A DNA stretch of 64,000 bases. It comes from Camelus ferus (lineage: Eukaryota). How positions within the stretch are numbered: the first letter of the stretch is position 1; every line of letters begins with the position of its first letter. Of this stretch, positions 37,597-51,116 are shown piece by piece. The notes under the pieces were generated by a model. It did not search any database and was not told the origin of the DNA. It was given only the letters and a program-made list of their open reading frames with translations. The stretch covers positions 115,756,001 through 115,820,000 of the forward strand of contig NC_045696.1 of NCBI RefSeq assembly GCF_009834535.1, given 5' to 3'. Both the position numbers and the translations under genes were made by a program.

Positions 37597-38958
37597 AAAA
37601 CACAGAGTAGATTTTGAATATTTAGTACAAATTAAGTAATATGAAATAGCCTACTAATTTTTTTATCTTGAAATTATATTTTTGAAGTATTGATTTAAAT
37701 AAAATATAATAGTAATGTTAATCGAATTCATTTATTTTTATTTTGTAACGGGGCTAGCAGAAAATTTAAAATTTCATAGGTGGCTAGCATTTCTACAGCT
37801 GAGGGAATCAAAAATAGAATTTAGATTTTTCAGACTCAATTCCTGTCACTTATCCACAGGATTACTCTAAGTCACCACCACCAACAACAACAGCAAAATT
37901 GTATTTCCCTTTTTATGCTGAAGATGCTTCTGTCTTTTCCTAAAGGATTCTTAATGCTCTTCAGGTTCACACAAACATACAAGCACCAATTATGAAATAC
38001 CACACTTGTAAAGTATCTAAGTGTTCGTCATTAAAGAATTCACCATCTGTCACAGAGAAAGTGAATCATGATCTTCTCGGAGGGAACTGCCCGTGTTAGC
38101 CAAAGAGATGTGAGGTGTGTAACCCACAACTGACGGGGCTACATTAGCGACTTCCCAGCCTTTGACATCTTTCTGTGGCTGAGAACGTTACCGGGCAGGA
38201 AAACAAGGAGTGTCAGGGTTGCTAGATGCTTTGGAATCAAGTCTTCTCATTTGGAAAGCAAAGCAAAAGATATGAGTGGACTCTGAGTGTCTCTGTGAAC
38301 AGGGAAATTGGCTCTTTCTCAGATGTGTGTTACGCCATCTGGTGAAGGGGCTTTGGGAAGGAGAACACGCTGCCCATCTTTCACTGCCTGGAACAGCACA
38401 CACGGCACCACGCAACCTGGTCTTCAGAGCACTGCCAGTGCGCCCACCCTCTGTTAGTGTTAGGTCTACGTGGTGAGAGCAGGGTTTAGGAGTAAGCATT
38501 TAGAAACTGTTACAGCAACTTGTTAATGTCCAATGACTCTAAGAATTTTTTAAAATGTTTTATGACTTTATTCTTTATTTTATGTATGCAGTAAATATTT
38601 TATTGTTTTATAAAAGTCAGTGTCAGATTGCATAAATGGATAGATAGGTAGGTAGGTGAATAGACAAGCAGATCAATTTATTGATGGATGGATGGATGGA
38701 TGGGTGGACAGACAGATGATTGATTGATAGATTGAATAAACTACTTCTTCACCATAGTGAGCTGCAAAACATGGCTTTAGCAAGCATGCATCACCATTTT
38801 CCTGGGCAAAATAAAGCCAGTTCATGCCTCAGTCCCAATCTATTTATTTTTTCTACTCTAAGCTCCCTAAAAAACTCCATGAAACAAGTTTTATTTAAAC
38901 AGAGCACCCCTTTGCTTGGTCCAGCTGAATCAGTGTAAGAAAAATAGTAGGAGCCACT

Positions 38959-39502
38959 TGTGAATGAAAAATATTGCCAACCAGATCCTTAAACAAAGAA
39001 TTGACAGCTGTTAAAGAATTAACCGCATTAAACAAAGAATGCTGCGACCATCAAGTCATCAGCCACCACCACCACCCCTGACTGAGCGGAGGGAACTCAT
39101 GACGCAGACAAGTGGGCAGCCAGGCCCCTGCTGCCACCCTCAGTGGTGTAGTCTGAGGGAACTCAGGATGTGAAAGAATAGGACACTGGCCCTACATAGC
39201 TCGGGACATATCAAAGGAGTGACTTCAATGAGCTGAGACGTTTCCAGCTTCGCATACGTAGGAAAGCTTGAAATTCCTTAACTTGAGATGTCTGGTTTTC
39301 TTTAATTAACAGTAATCTTTTGATGTTCGGACTACCTGTCCTTTGTTGCAAAGCCTCATATATCCTAGCTTCTACCTTGCCACTTTGGAACAGCTTCTTA
39401 GAGTGATCTGAGATGCAGTGTCCCGGGCTCAGTTCCTAAGAAAATCCACCAAATAAAACGAAACTCTTAACTTTAAGGTTGTGCATTTTATTTCTGTCAA
39501 CA
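38959..39502 (+). mobile_element. ERV1-class solo LTR
   Basis: TG...CA ends, perfect 4-bp TSD CACT (38955-38958 / 39503-39506), AATAAA near 39452 and TATA-like CATATATC at ~39357. Confidence 0.85.
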
Positions 39503-41184
39503 CACTTTAAGGAGGAAGGATGTTCTACAGGGAAAGACGAGCAGAAAGATGAAAGAACAGGAGTGACTCGATGAAAGAAAGTGAGACAAAAGCGAGGACT
39601 GTGTCTCCCTGACAGGTGTCACCGAGCACCTCGCACAGCGCCTGGGCAGGGCTGGCACGCGGTAAATACGTACTGGAAGGAGGGAGTGCTGAGTGCCATT
39701 ACTGTTGCTTTACTCTTGATAATTCCCCTCCTTTCGCCTGTCCAACAACCTCCCTTCACCGCAACCGGGAACAAAAGAGGAGAGGTGGAGCCATCTCTAT
39801 ATATTTTGATGATTGGGCTACGACATAAATGAGAAAGTTATGTTAAAAATTCTTAACACAGCTCTGCGGGGAGGGCCGTCCATGAACTACAGCATAGCTT
39901 TTGTCAGCTGTGGTTTCTTTCCTCCCACCCCACCCCACCCCACTTTAGGTAGCCCCCCATCACGTTGATTTCCCCCGGTACCACTGACGCTGGCTGCTCT
40001 GTGAGGCAGATTTTTTGTGAACTTCAGGTTAAGGATGAATGGCTTTAGCATTCCGGGATGCAGAAAACAACTTATGTGAAACATCATGACCTATAATATC
40101 ATCGGACATTCCTCCCAAAGGGACCAGTAATGGTCTTGCCCTCCCTTTGCCTCCATCTTTCTGCCATTCTTTAAGGACTTTTTTTTTTTCACTCCCTGGA
40201 GGTCTCTCCTCAATGTTCCTGATGCTAATTCAAATCCCCAAATTCCTATTATTTTTTCCATTTGTTTTATTAGCCCATTTTTATTGAGGTATAGTTGATG
40301 TTCAATATTGTATGAGTTTCAGGTGAACAATATCATGATTAAACAAATTCCTATTACTTTTACAGAATAATAAAATTATTTCTCAGCTATCCAGTTCTCC
40401 CCAGAGGGCCCCACATTTCCCAAACAGAAGTGTCTATTACAGGCCATTCAGACTTATCAAGATTTGTTTTTTTATAATAACGTACCAAGCTGCCTCCCTC
40501 CTACCACGATGAGGAAACACACCAGCCATCTTGTTTTCTATGTAGTTACCTTCTTTCCCTATTTGGTATTTAAATGTCCATCGGTGGAAAATTATGTACA
40601 GATAAGTTCTGCACCTTCTAGCACCACCATACCAAGTGCTTTCAATTTGTGTAGGCATAACATTTGGTCTTTGACGTCAAGTAGAAAGGAGCCTGCATGA
40701 AGTACCCCCAGGACATTATAAGACTAAACTTTGTAGTGCTTTAGATTCAGTACCATTCAGTATATTTTAACTTAAACCGTGCTATGCAGCAAGCAAGGGC
40801 AATGAGTCACGGTGGAAGGGAGTGGGGATCAACCAGTAAGTAAACCTTAATGCAACACAATATGTATAAAAATGCAAGTATATATAAGAAAAACAAGTAA
40901 GGTAAAGAGGAGAGTGATTAAATGTGCACACAGATGTTGAGTTCAGTGAAAGCTTTAGAGAGGAAGTGATGATTCTAGAGAGCTTTAAAAGTCAAATCTT
41001 TCTCTCGGTAGGTAGAAATGGGCAAGGGGTTAACATTTCAAATAGAGAAAATAGTGTGTACTAAGATACAGAGAAATAAACCAGTGTATGATCAGAGAGC
41101 TGTAGGAAATTGCCGTGGCTGGAGGTTAAAAATCTAGAGAAGCACACAGGCAGATGATGACCTGAACACAAATGATCACTAAGT

Positions 41185-41562
41185 TTTGGGCAGCAGTTGC
41201 TGTTGGCTGCCTACCCAACAGCCATTTACCTCTGACGGATTCCCAGTGTGTCCCACTGAGGGACTGAATACTGGTAGGACTAAGCTTTTCTGGGAAATTC
41301 CACCCCCTTGGCCAGATATTGACCTGTGGTTTTGCATATGACCCAGTTTTGGCCAATAGCTCAGAAGAGAGCACTGCAGATATTTTGCAACTCAGAGGAG
41401 AAGCCAAGAGTTTGACAGAGACGTTGACCTTGATGCTGTTGCTTCCATATGAATCTGGCTACTTCCGTGCTGTACTTCAGTGATACAGCAAAACACTGTA
41501 TTGTTAAGTCACTTTCAAAAGCTTATCTGTTATTTGCAGCCACAAGCATTCTCACTGACATA
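41185..41562 (+). mobile_element. MLT1 (J/K/L-like) MaLR LTR
   Basis: GCATATGACCCAGTTTTGGCCAAT...TCTGTTATTTGCAGCCACAAGCATTCTCACTGACATA. Confidence 0.7.
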
Positions 41563-41937
41563 TCACATTAAGGTGTTAATTATCCAGCAGGGACAAACTA
41601 GAGAACTCTAGAGAAGAGTGGTTTGGAATAATCGGGAATGACTTTACAGAGAAGATGAGGCTTCAGCCCAGGTAATCAGAACTGATGACTTTGTTTTACT
41701 TTATAGTTTACAAAAGAACAAAGTATTACATTATCTGGAAGGCAAAATGAGCACAAATGGGAGAAAGAAGTCATTTCGAATAAATAAATGAGCAGACCAG
41801 AGGAGCCATGTAGAGGTATGCCGGGAAAGGGGATTTGTAGAGGGGTTTTGGATATGCTAGCTCAAGGAAGTGAAGTTCATCTGTGGAAGAGGCAGAAGTA
41901 GAACTCAGGCACATCTGACTCCACATCCATGCTTTTT

Positions 41938-42297
41938 TTTTATTGAAGTAAAATTGATTTACAATATTGTGTTAGTTTCAGGTATACAGCAAAGTGATTC
42001 TGTTATATATATATATATATATATATTTCCAATTATTTTCCATCACTCAGCCATAAAGATAAAATATTGCCATTTGCAGCAACATGGATGGACCTAGAGA
42101 ATATCATACTAAGTGAAGTAAGTCAGACAGAGAGAGACAAATATTAGACAATATCACTTATATGTGGAATCGGAAACATAATACAAATGAATTTATTTAG
42201 AAAACAAAAACAGATTCACAGAGATGGAGAAGAAATTTATGGGTACCAAAGGGGAAAGATAGACAGAGAGAGGGATAAATTAGGAGTATGGGATTAA
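41938..42297 (-). mobile_element. Twin-primed (5'-inverted) short L1 inserted in a MIR
   Basis: 41938-42043 is an antisense L1 3' tip with T-tail, and 42044-42297 is sense L1 ORF2-end/3' UTR. TSD CACA(TCC/CCT)ATGCTTTTT at 41922-41937 and 42298-42313 (14/16). Confidence 0.85.
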
Positions 42298-42395
42298 CAC
42301 ACCTATGCTTTTTAAACTATGCCATGCTGCCTTTCAAGGTGGAGGGGAGGTCATTTAGAAAGAAGATGTGAAGACTCATGAGAAAGCTGCCATGA

Positions 42396-42673
42396 CACAC
42401 AGACATAAAAACATCACCTGACGGTTACCAGGTGATGAAGTGGGTGGGAAGGGTTAAATTGAGAGTTCGAGATTTGCAGATACTAATATATATAAAATAG
42501 ATAAACAACAAGTTCATGCTGTATAGCACAGGGAACTATATTAAATATCTTGTAGTAACTTACAATGAAAAAGAATATGAAACTGAATATATGTATATTC
42601 AATGACTGAAGCATTGTGTTGTACACCAGAAATTGATACAACACTGTAAACTGACTACACTTCAATTATATAT

Positions 42674-42724
<51 letters not shown>

Positions 42725-42741
42725 GAAAAAGAAAAAGAAAA
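42396..42741 (+). mobile_element. Camelid-type L1 3' end whose tail became (CA)n+(GAAAAA)n
   Basis: 3' UTR CTGTATAGCACAGGGAACTATATT...CTGACTACACTTCAAT. TSD AGAAAGCT(G/A)CCA(T/C)GA at 42381-42395 and 42742-42756. Confidence 0.9.
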
Positions 42742-43224
42742 AGAAAGCTACCACGATGATTCATCAGGTTTGGGCTGATGACTTGATGTCTTGCCCTAAA
42801 CCAAAACTTACCACTTTTCTCATAATATATTACAGGAGGTCATACTTTTACCCCTGTTTTGCACAATGTAGCTGAGGACATCTTGGTCATGTCCTCTATC
42901 TGCTTAAAACACTTCATAATTATCATATTAAATATGAAATAACTTAAAAGGATCTACAAGGCCCTACAGATGTGATCTTCATCTCATTTTTCTACCACTC
43001 TCCCATAACGCCCGTGGTCAAGCTATCCTAGCCTTATAAGTGTGGCCAATAGGCTTTTGCATCTGTTTTAACTACCTTCAATGTTCTCTTTACTCCTTTT
43101 GTCTGTTTTCCTAATCTTTTTTCCTTCTTTATATTCTTCACAGAAGAATAAAAAATAACTTCCCCAGCAAAGTCTGGCCCAAATTCACCAAAAGCAGCAA
43201 AGCCATGGTGATCTATTTAGTGAT

Positions 43225-43755
43225 CTATGTGATCTAGGGCAGTGCTGCCTGACAAACAACCATGAAATTACTGGGATATCCAAACAGGAACATTTATTTT
43301 TTTGCTCATGAGCCTCTGGGTCATCAGGACAATTCTGCTGATCAGAGAGAGGTCAGCTTGGCTGGGCACATTCACATGTCTGTGGTCAACAACTATGGGT
43401 TAACTAGGCAGCTTTGCTCAGTTTATCTGGGCTCTCTCCTGTGTCCAGGGTCTTGGTTGGGACAACTGGGTTGACTCTTCTGTGCTCTTTGGAGCTCATT
43501 CAGCAGACTGGCTTCAGCATGTTCTCATGATGAAGGCAGAGGAACAAGAAAGAAGGGAATCTCACAGCCACTTGAGGCCCAGGTTCAAAACCATCACAAT
43601 GTCACTTCTACTTGCTATTGGCCAAAGAAGGGCACAAGGCCAGCACAGGTTCAAAGAGTAGGGAAATTGATATCATCTCCTAACGGGAAGAACTGTCAAG
43701 ACACATTGCAAAGTGTGTGGCTATAGAAAGAGGTAGGACCCTACCAGATTCCACA
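43225..43755 (-). mobile_element. MLT1H-like MaLR LTR
   Basis: CATTTATTTTTTGCTCATGAG..GCATGTTCTCATG..TCACTTCT..CTATTGGCCAAAG..CACATTGCAAAG. Confidence 0.75.
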
Positions 43756-43972
43756 AAGGCAAATGCTCAGTGCTTCACACACATAAGTCATTTCATGATT
43801 TTTTTTTTTTGAATGAATGAGTGGATAAATAAATGAATGATTTTCACTACTAGGAGGAAAAATCCCATTCCAGCCCTACCAGGCCTGAGACACAGCTATC
43901 TCAGTCCTTGGCAACCGTTAAAGCCACTGGCAGACCAAAGTAGGCAAGGGACAGCACACAGAGGTTCTCTAG

Positions 43973-44434
43973 TGAAAATGTTCAGAAGAAGCTGCCCTAA
44001 AAGGTGCCACATTGGTATGTGGGTTATTTGGAGCTAAAGGCAATGGAGACCCCAGGGGCTCAAGAGAAACTTCTGCACCTTCCTTAACTACCTAGAAGAA
44101 TTCAGACTGAGGGTTTTTCCCAGAGTGAGAATATTATCAGAGATAACTCTTACCCGAGGGACCCACCTGTATGCAGGGCCAACAGCTAATTATCCAACAT
44201 CTGTCCTTCTCATCCTGAGAATTGCCCTCCTCCCCTTTGAAGCCCCAGGCCCCTTTCCCATTCCTTAGCTTAAGATGGCCTATATACCCTTCTGTCTTTG
44301 AGCCTCTCACATGGGTTCCTGTACATATGAAATTAAATTTGTTTTTTCTCCTATTAATCTGTCTCATATTGATTTGTTTGTTAGACCAGCCAAAAGAAAC
44401 TTTGAAGGGTAGGCAAAAAGTCTTTCTCCCAACA
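43973..44434 (+). mobile_element. ERV1 solo LTR (MER89/MER90-like)
   Basis: TG...CA with perfect 4-bp TSD CTAG (43969-43972 / 44435-44438), TATATA near 44281 and ATTAAA near 44332. Confidence 0.85.
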
Positions 44435-46689
44435 CTAGGTTTTCCTAGGACTCTATCAAGAAGCCAAACACATACTTCTATTTAAAAAGCAAACAAAAAC
44501 AAAAGAGAAATAAACAGCAGCTTTTTCCAGACCCAATGGCCCCTGCTCAGAATGGTCATTAATAAACGTACTAATTATACTTATTTTATTGATAAAATAA
44601 TCAGTAAAATAAAATTTTGTTTTTGGTCAGCCACAAGTCATAAAACTATTTGAGTCATTGATATTTCCAGTTTAGCTTTTAAAGTAAATTTGGAAACCTG
44701 TGAAATTGCATTGCCAATTTGGTTCAGTGAATGGGAACAGCAAGGGAGAATGATCATAATAAAATGAATATCTTTGTTATTTTAAAATAACTGCATTTTT
44801 CCTACTTTCTTTTAAAACATTTGACTTTGGGATTAATGGATAGGCTTTCTGTTTGAAGCTGTGGAATTATAGTAGTTTTCTCGTGGAACATAAAGAACTA
44901 GGACTTTTTTAGAACAGAGTATTAGGTTTTAGCTATTTTTTTTTTAAATAGTGACTTTCTATCCCTGTAAGAACCTTTTATGATTTTTTGTCATTCATCA
45001 ATTATAGGTTGTGCAAAATATGAAACACAGTGCTGAACAACATTTACGACCTCTGGCTCTAGCCAACCTTTCTTTGTCATAGTTTCTTGTTTCCCAGGGT
45101 TGGCACATTTTTTTAAAGTCAAAAAATCTACTCAATGAAAGTTGTTAAATAAAAATAATGCTGTGATTAAAAGAGCTTCCAAAAGTCGAAAGCACCTGAA
45201 AGACACGCAAAGTTCTTTTCAGGGCTGTGATAGAAAGGTCCTTTGACATGTATTTTTTATTTCCATTTTTAAAAGAAGTGTCTCTTGTGGGTTAGGAATT
45301 TATATTCTGGTTTAAAGCTTATCTTTTCAGTGTTCAGCTCTTCGTTGTGCTACATGACAATGTGCAATCATGTTCTAGGTGGAAATTAAAGTCATTTTTA
45401 GAAAACAGAGCCAATTTACCTGCCCCTCAGCTGCTCAATAATATTAGGCAGTCACTTGCTTTGCTTCAAAGACTTGTAAAAGTGATTGTGCTTAAAGCCC
45501 TTTGTGGAATCCAAAATAGAATGTCAATAGCCAAAAGAACAACCTGTTCTTACATTTTTAAGAAATGGAATTCATTTGTGGGATGAGCTTCAAAACTAAA
45601 TTAAAAAATACTTCCATTAACATAAGGATGAAATAGTTCAGATCAAGAGTATTCTTAGGATGAAATAAGTACTGTTGGAGGGGAGAGTTATAACTAATGA
45701 AGAGTTCAACTATCCATGAGATACTAGAAAACAACCCTGGTCTAAGACTTAAAAGACTCTCCAGTTCTGTTGTGGGAACCACCACAAATTTTGCAGATAG
45801 GATGTAGCTGAAGTGCTGGGCATTTGGAGTCAAAGGATGTGTGGGCTCAAAGCCTAACTCTAGTACTTACAGTCACGCAATTTGAATTTAAGACAATTAC
45901 TTTACATCTAGAAATCTCAAATTCCTCACATATAACTTAGTGATACGTATAGATTTTATTTCATCAGGTTATTAAAACAAGTAGTCTGATTTTGGCATAG
46001 TAATTGACAGAGAGTAAGGGCTCAATCCGGGCTAGCTGGCTGATTAGTTGTGTAAACTTGGACAACGGGAGTACACTGGTTCCTTTCAAGTGTCAAACAC
46101 TATGCTAGTTACTCCACAGGGAGTACCTCATTTTAGGTGTTCCTCAACCCTATAAAGTAGGTATTGCCTCCAGGAAAGAAGTAAAAATAGTGGCACACAA
46201 AGAGATGTAAAGCAAGTTTCCAAAGAATACAGAAAGGCATGACTCAAACCTACGTATGTGCAATTCACAAATGCATGCTTGCATCATTTTGCCATGTTGC
46301 TCCCCAAATCACACAATAGTTTTTGTGTCTCTGAATGTATTTCAAAACCGAATGATTCTGGTTCTGGGTAAGATGGAGTAAACACACCAATCTCAAAGCT
46401 GATATGAAAAAAAAAAAAATGATCCCAGTTTTAACAAAGACTGTACTATCTCCCTTCCAGACCACACAGGCCAACTTTTCCTTTTAATGAATCTGATCAA
46501 AGTAAAAGTGTTGATCTTACCACCTGTCATTTGTTTTTATAGAAATAATTTCTATGGCTAGCAAACATGGGTCTGAAGTTGTCACCTCTTCTGTCAAGGT
46601 CTCAGCAGGCACCCACCATTCTTGCAAACTCTGTAGTCATCAATGCTCAAGCCCCAGCTTCTAGAAAGTAGCCAAGAAATAAAACTTAG

Positions 46690-47250
46690 TATGGCTCTTA
46701 TCCTAGGGTCCATGGAATCCTTGCATAGAATTCATTGACTTGAATAGACAAAAAATACACCTTACATTTTTCTAAATGTGCTATATACTTGATACATAGT
46801 ATTTGATAATTGTATATCTATTTGATATATAGCGTGTCCTTCAATTTTAATTATCTTAGCAAAATAATAGTAGCAACAACAACATTGGCATTAAATAGTA
46901 TCTGTGTCTTTGTCACCAATTAAAGTTATAAATAGTTCATATCACTCTACAATCTACAATTGTAGATATAACTCAAGACATTACATTTCGACTACTTCAA
47001 AGTTATATTAGTTATTAGACCTACTGCTAAATCTTTGTATTTACTGTGTTAATAAAGAAGTACACATATTAGAATAAGACAAAAATTTAAAAGGCATATA
47101 TAATTATATTTGAATGTGATTGATTTTCCTTATAATGCTATGCAGTTTATTTTATACATTTAAAGGTATTATTCTTAAAAAGAAACTTCAGATTGCCAAA
47201 CTCAGCGAAAACACTGGAGAAACAAAACAAAATAAAACCAAGAACCACTT
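46690..47250 (+). mobile_element. MER113-like hAT-Charlie fossil
   Basis: CTTTGTCACCAAT, TAGTTATTAGACCTACTGCTAAATCTT, GTTAATAAAGAAGTACACATATTA and CAGATTGCCAAA occur in consensus order. Confidence 0.7.
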
Positions 47251-49369
47251 AATCAAAGGCCAGAGCACAGCTCTGAGGTAACAATAATTTTTAGCGTCTG
47301 ACCCTCATAACTCTAAAACAGTGGAAAGTTAGACTTACCAAGAAAATCACTAATAATGTATTCATTGATTATGTTGTATTGATTTATTACTATGTATTTA
47401 TCTACCAAACATGGTATAATTGTTCTTGTAATCCTTAGCAAATTATGAGTTTTCAGCAAAGGTCTTCACTTCAAGTAAAGTCTAGTATTACCTTCAGCCA
47501 TTATGTCACTGATGGCAATGCCAGAATTTCAGAAATCAGAGGTGAGATTATGAAAAAATTCTGGGAGATAAGGCAGTCATATCATTTATCTTTCGCTAAA
47601 GCATATTATGCATGACCCTTTGGCCTTGAGTTCTTGACAAAACTTTGAATTTTGAGTAGTCTTCTTGTTTTTCTCTTCTTGTGTCTTGAGCAGGGTAAAA
47701 GTGTCATGGAAGGATTTTGAAACATGATGGGAAAAAATACACTAAACTGTTAAGTATTTAAAACCTTTTTACTTTTCCATTTCCATACAGAGAAAGGATC
47801 CTTCATTTTGGGCACTGAGATTTGTTTGTTTGTTTGTTTGCTTTTTGCTACTCATTGTAATTCTGAAGATCTGAAAACATGTTTACAAGGGCCACAGAGT
47901 AGGAGAAGAGGCAATGGGGAGAGAGAAGAAAAGGAAAGTTTCCCAAACTGGAGGAGGTGGCATGAGAAGGGCGTTTTTAAGAGAGAAAGAAAAGAAGTTG
48001 GGACTCCTGTTGTGCTGTGTGGGACTCTGGGGAAAAGATGAATGAAAAGAAGCTTTTGAGGAAATTCTAATATGTATAGAAAATGTAATCCCCTTTAACC
48101 ATCCACTCAAGAAAATTTCAAGCCAATATTGTTTTTCTTTTGGAGGCATTTTCACAAGGTTGAGGTAGGTGTAAAGTAAAAACAAGGAGATCTAGTTTAT
48201 TCATTGCTTTAAGGCTTCTGCCAGACTTTTCATTGTGAGTGTGTGTGCATGTGCATGCATGCATGTGTGTACACCAAGCATCTGAAAAAAGACCTTGAGG
48301 ACTACATCTAGCATCTCACCATATGTCCTTCATATCTCAAACCACAGCATTCTCTCCCAGGCTTCTGTTTTACACCTTCAGCTACTTCCTTGACAGCTTT
48401 ATCTTGACATCTTATTGCTATGTAAAATGCAACATCCTTCAACTTAAACTTTCATTTCCCAAAGCCTAGTCTGTTTCAGAATTATTGACTGTGTGTGCAG
48501 ATTATCTGTTGTATGAGCATCTTCTGGATCTCTCAAAAATAACATCTCAGGAATCCTCTTCTCTCTTCATGCACTCATTTCCATCCATATTTACTATCGA
48601 GCACATCACCATTGACTATAGATGTGTTGGGTATTGATCGAGACACTGAGGACACAGCAGTGGAAAAGACACATAGGGTCCTAGGTCAAAAGGGACCAGA
48701 AACATGTGGTGATTTTTCCTTTGAAATCTCTATCTTTTTTTCCCATCCTTAATACACAATCATAATTTGAGCCATCATTATCTATATCAGGAGAATTACT
48801 ATTATCTATCACCTGGACTCTCGTCCACCTTCTAAATTTCTATGTTTGTATTTTCTCATTCTTTGTTGGAAAGCATCACATGATGCTCTATTATCTACAG
48901 GATAGAATCCAGACTCTCCACCTGGCATTCAGACGCCTCATAGTCCAGCCCTGACAACACTGATTAACTTCATCTCTTCCATATTTACTTTGACATACAT
49001 TCTTCCATTTGTCATTTTCGATATGCCTTATGATATTATTTTGCTATGCACTTGCTCAGCCAGCTTGGAAATTTTTCTTCTACGCTCCACATATATCTCA
49101 ATACACACCCTACTTTATTGTAAGAAAAGAATGACAAGCCATATTTATAAGAATACCTCAAAATTCTTAAAAAACACATTCACATTAATTGTCTCATTCA
49201 TTATTGCTTTTGATCCTCATGGGGCTATGGTAGAAAGGACAGTTTTAGTTTGGCCAATTTACGGATAAGGAAAGTGAATCAAAGTAAGATTATGAATGAA
49301 ATGATGAGTGAAAAATAAGATTTAACTAGAAATTTGGAATCATTGCTTTTTTTTCCAGCTCCTCCCACC

Positions 49370-49471
49370 ATTGCTACTCCAGCTTTCTTTTTATTTCCAT
49401 TTACATGGAATACCTTTTTTCCATCCCCTCACTTTCAGTCTGTATGTGTCTCTAGATCTGAATTGAGTCTC
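49370..49471 (-). mobile_element. Isolated ~100-bp L1 ORF2 endonuclease-domain fragment
   Basis: Reverse complement translates to ETQFRSRDTYRLKVRGWK(+1 frameshift)VFHVNGNKKKAGVA. No poly(A). Confidence 0.85.
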
Positions 49472-51050
49472 ACCAGCTAAAACTTACACCAAGGAGGTCA
49501 GAATTCCAGCAACTTAGCCAATGGCAAATGTATCCTCCTAATGGAAACATGCAATGCTCTTCTTCCCCAGGGTAAATAACTTGGTCAATTAGGATTCTAT
49601 GTGACATAAATGCTCCGCTGTGGGATTGACTGCATCTCCTTGAAAAGCCCACAGCCCTTTAGCTTTCATTCCATCTTCATCTCCCTGCTGAGGTGAAAAC
49701 TACTGTTGATTTAACACCTTCAGCCTGCTTTTAATTCTTCGATTGAACTGGACGATGTTAAACTTGACTTGTCAAACTCAGCTTATGTACTGGGACTCAA
49801 AGCGAACACCTGGGACTCCTCGGAAAAGCTGGTGTCAACTGGAATATGATAAAATCCTGTAAGAGTTGAATGGGCTATAAAAACATTGCAGCTAGGTCAC
49901 AACAGTGGGGAAAACAAGAAGAAAAATTTAAAGGTAAGGGAGAAAAAGAAGACAAATTGCTATGAAGATACAACCAAAAATTGGCCCTTGCCTTATGTAA
50001 CTCTTCTGATTGAAAGACACCTCCATACAGTCAGCACAAAAAATTGCTCTAGCTCAGCTTTTTAAGGTCAGTTTTGCTATTCTTATACCAACATGCATAT
50101 TTTTACATTTTATGGATTTAATGTGAATGAGTACTTTTTGTCAAAATTGCACAGAGAAGAAGGAATAGTCACCGATTGCAGTTCCATAGAAAAACTCATT
50201 TGTTTGGAAAATATATCCTTCTGGTCTGAATGAGAATCATCATTTATTTTTCATGTATTAATAGAAAATTTTGTGTTTTGACTGTAAAATACCCCAGTAG
50301 CTCAAGGTATGAAAGAGAAGAGAAAAACAAATGGGATTATGTGCCCAGATCTTTACCCATTACTTGCTTTATTTGATGGCAAACTTGAAAGTAGCCCTTT
50401 CAGTCTACGTTTTAGACATGCATAACCAGAGGGTCAGTGGGATTAAGCAATGAGGCCAGAGCCCTCAACCAGTAAGCGTCAGATCTAGGGTTGAACTGGA
50501 TGTTTTAGTCAAAACTGGTGCCTCAACCACTTAGTGAAGCATTTGACATGCGTTCAGTGATCAGCATGTAGGAATCAAATTGAAATTTGTTTCAATTTTT
50601 TTTCTTATCTATAAAGAAATAATGACAGTAAAAAAAAATCTAGAAAGACGTATGTACCTTTGCAGAAAAGTTAGAACAACGGTTTATCTCTTAAATGTGC
50701 AAAAATTGTACTCTTGCTGCTTTCATGAGAAAGCACTTGGCAATGAAAAAAATCACATTAAGCTTATTAAACTTCAAAGGTTATATGTTTAGTTCTTCAA
50801 CCAATAAAGACATAGAAAGTAAGAAATATGACATGGAAGTGAGTGAAAGATTTCCATCATAGTTCAAAAGAAAATAAATTGCCTTCCACTGATTGGAGAA
50901 GAATGACAGTATCAGTAAAAACCCAAGTCATTTCACTAGGTCCTTTTTAAATGCCGGTGTCTAGCAGTCAATCATTATGTCAGCAAAACTAGCACCATGG
51001 ACAAATTGGCTTGTTCCCTTGAACGAAACACGTGTCAGCTTAATGAGTTA

Positions 51051-51116
51051 TAACTTTTCAGCTTTGGTTTCTTTCCATGTATTTCTTACCTTAATGATGT
51101 CATTTGAAGACGTGTG
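51051..51116 (+). repeat. 66-bp dispersed direct repeat, copy A
   Basis: 62/66 identical to 52876-52941. Confidence 0.9.

Larger units (their letters stand above)
37008..37800 (-). mobile_element. MER33-like hAT-Charlie element split by a SINE
   Basis: CCAATATGGTAG..ATGGCTATTAAGCACTTGAAAT on the left and GGCTAGCAGAAAATTTAAAATT..GTGGCT on the right match antisense MER33. Confidence 0.7.

Noticed and set aside
47270..47475. Weak inverted similarity (CTCATAACT / AATTATGAG) suggesting an ancient MITE
   Set aside because: The arms are too degenerate to support without a Dfam search.
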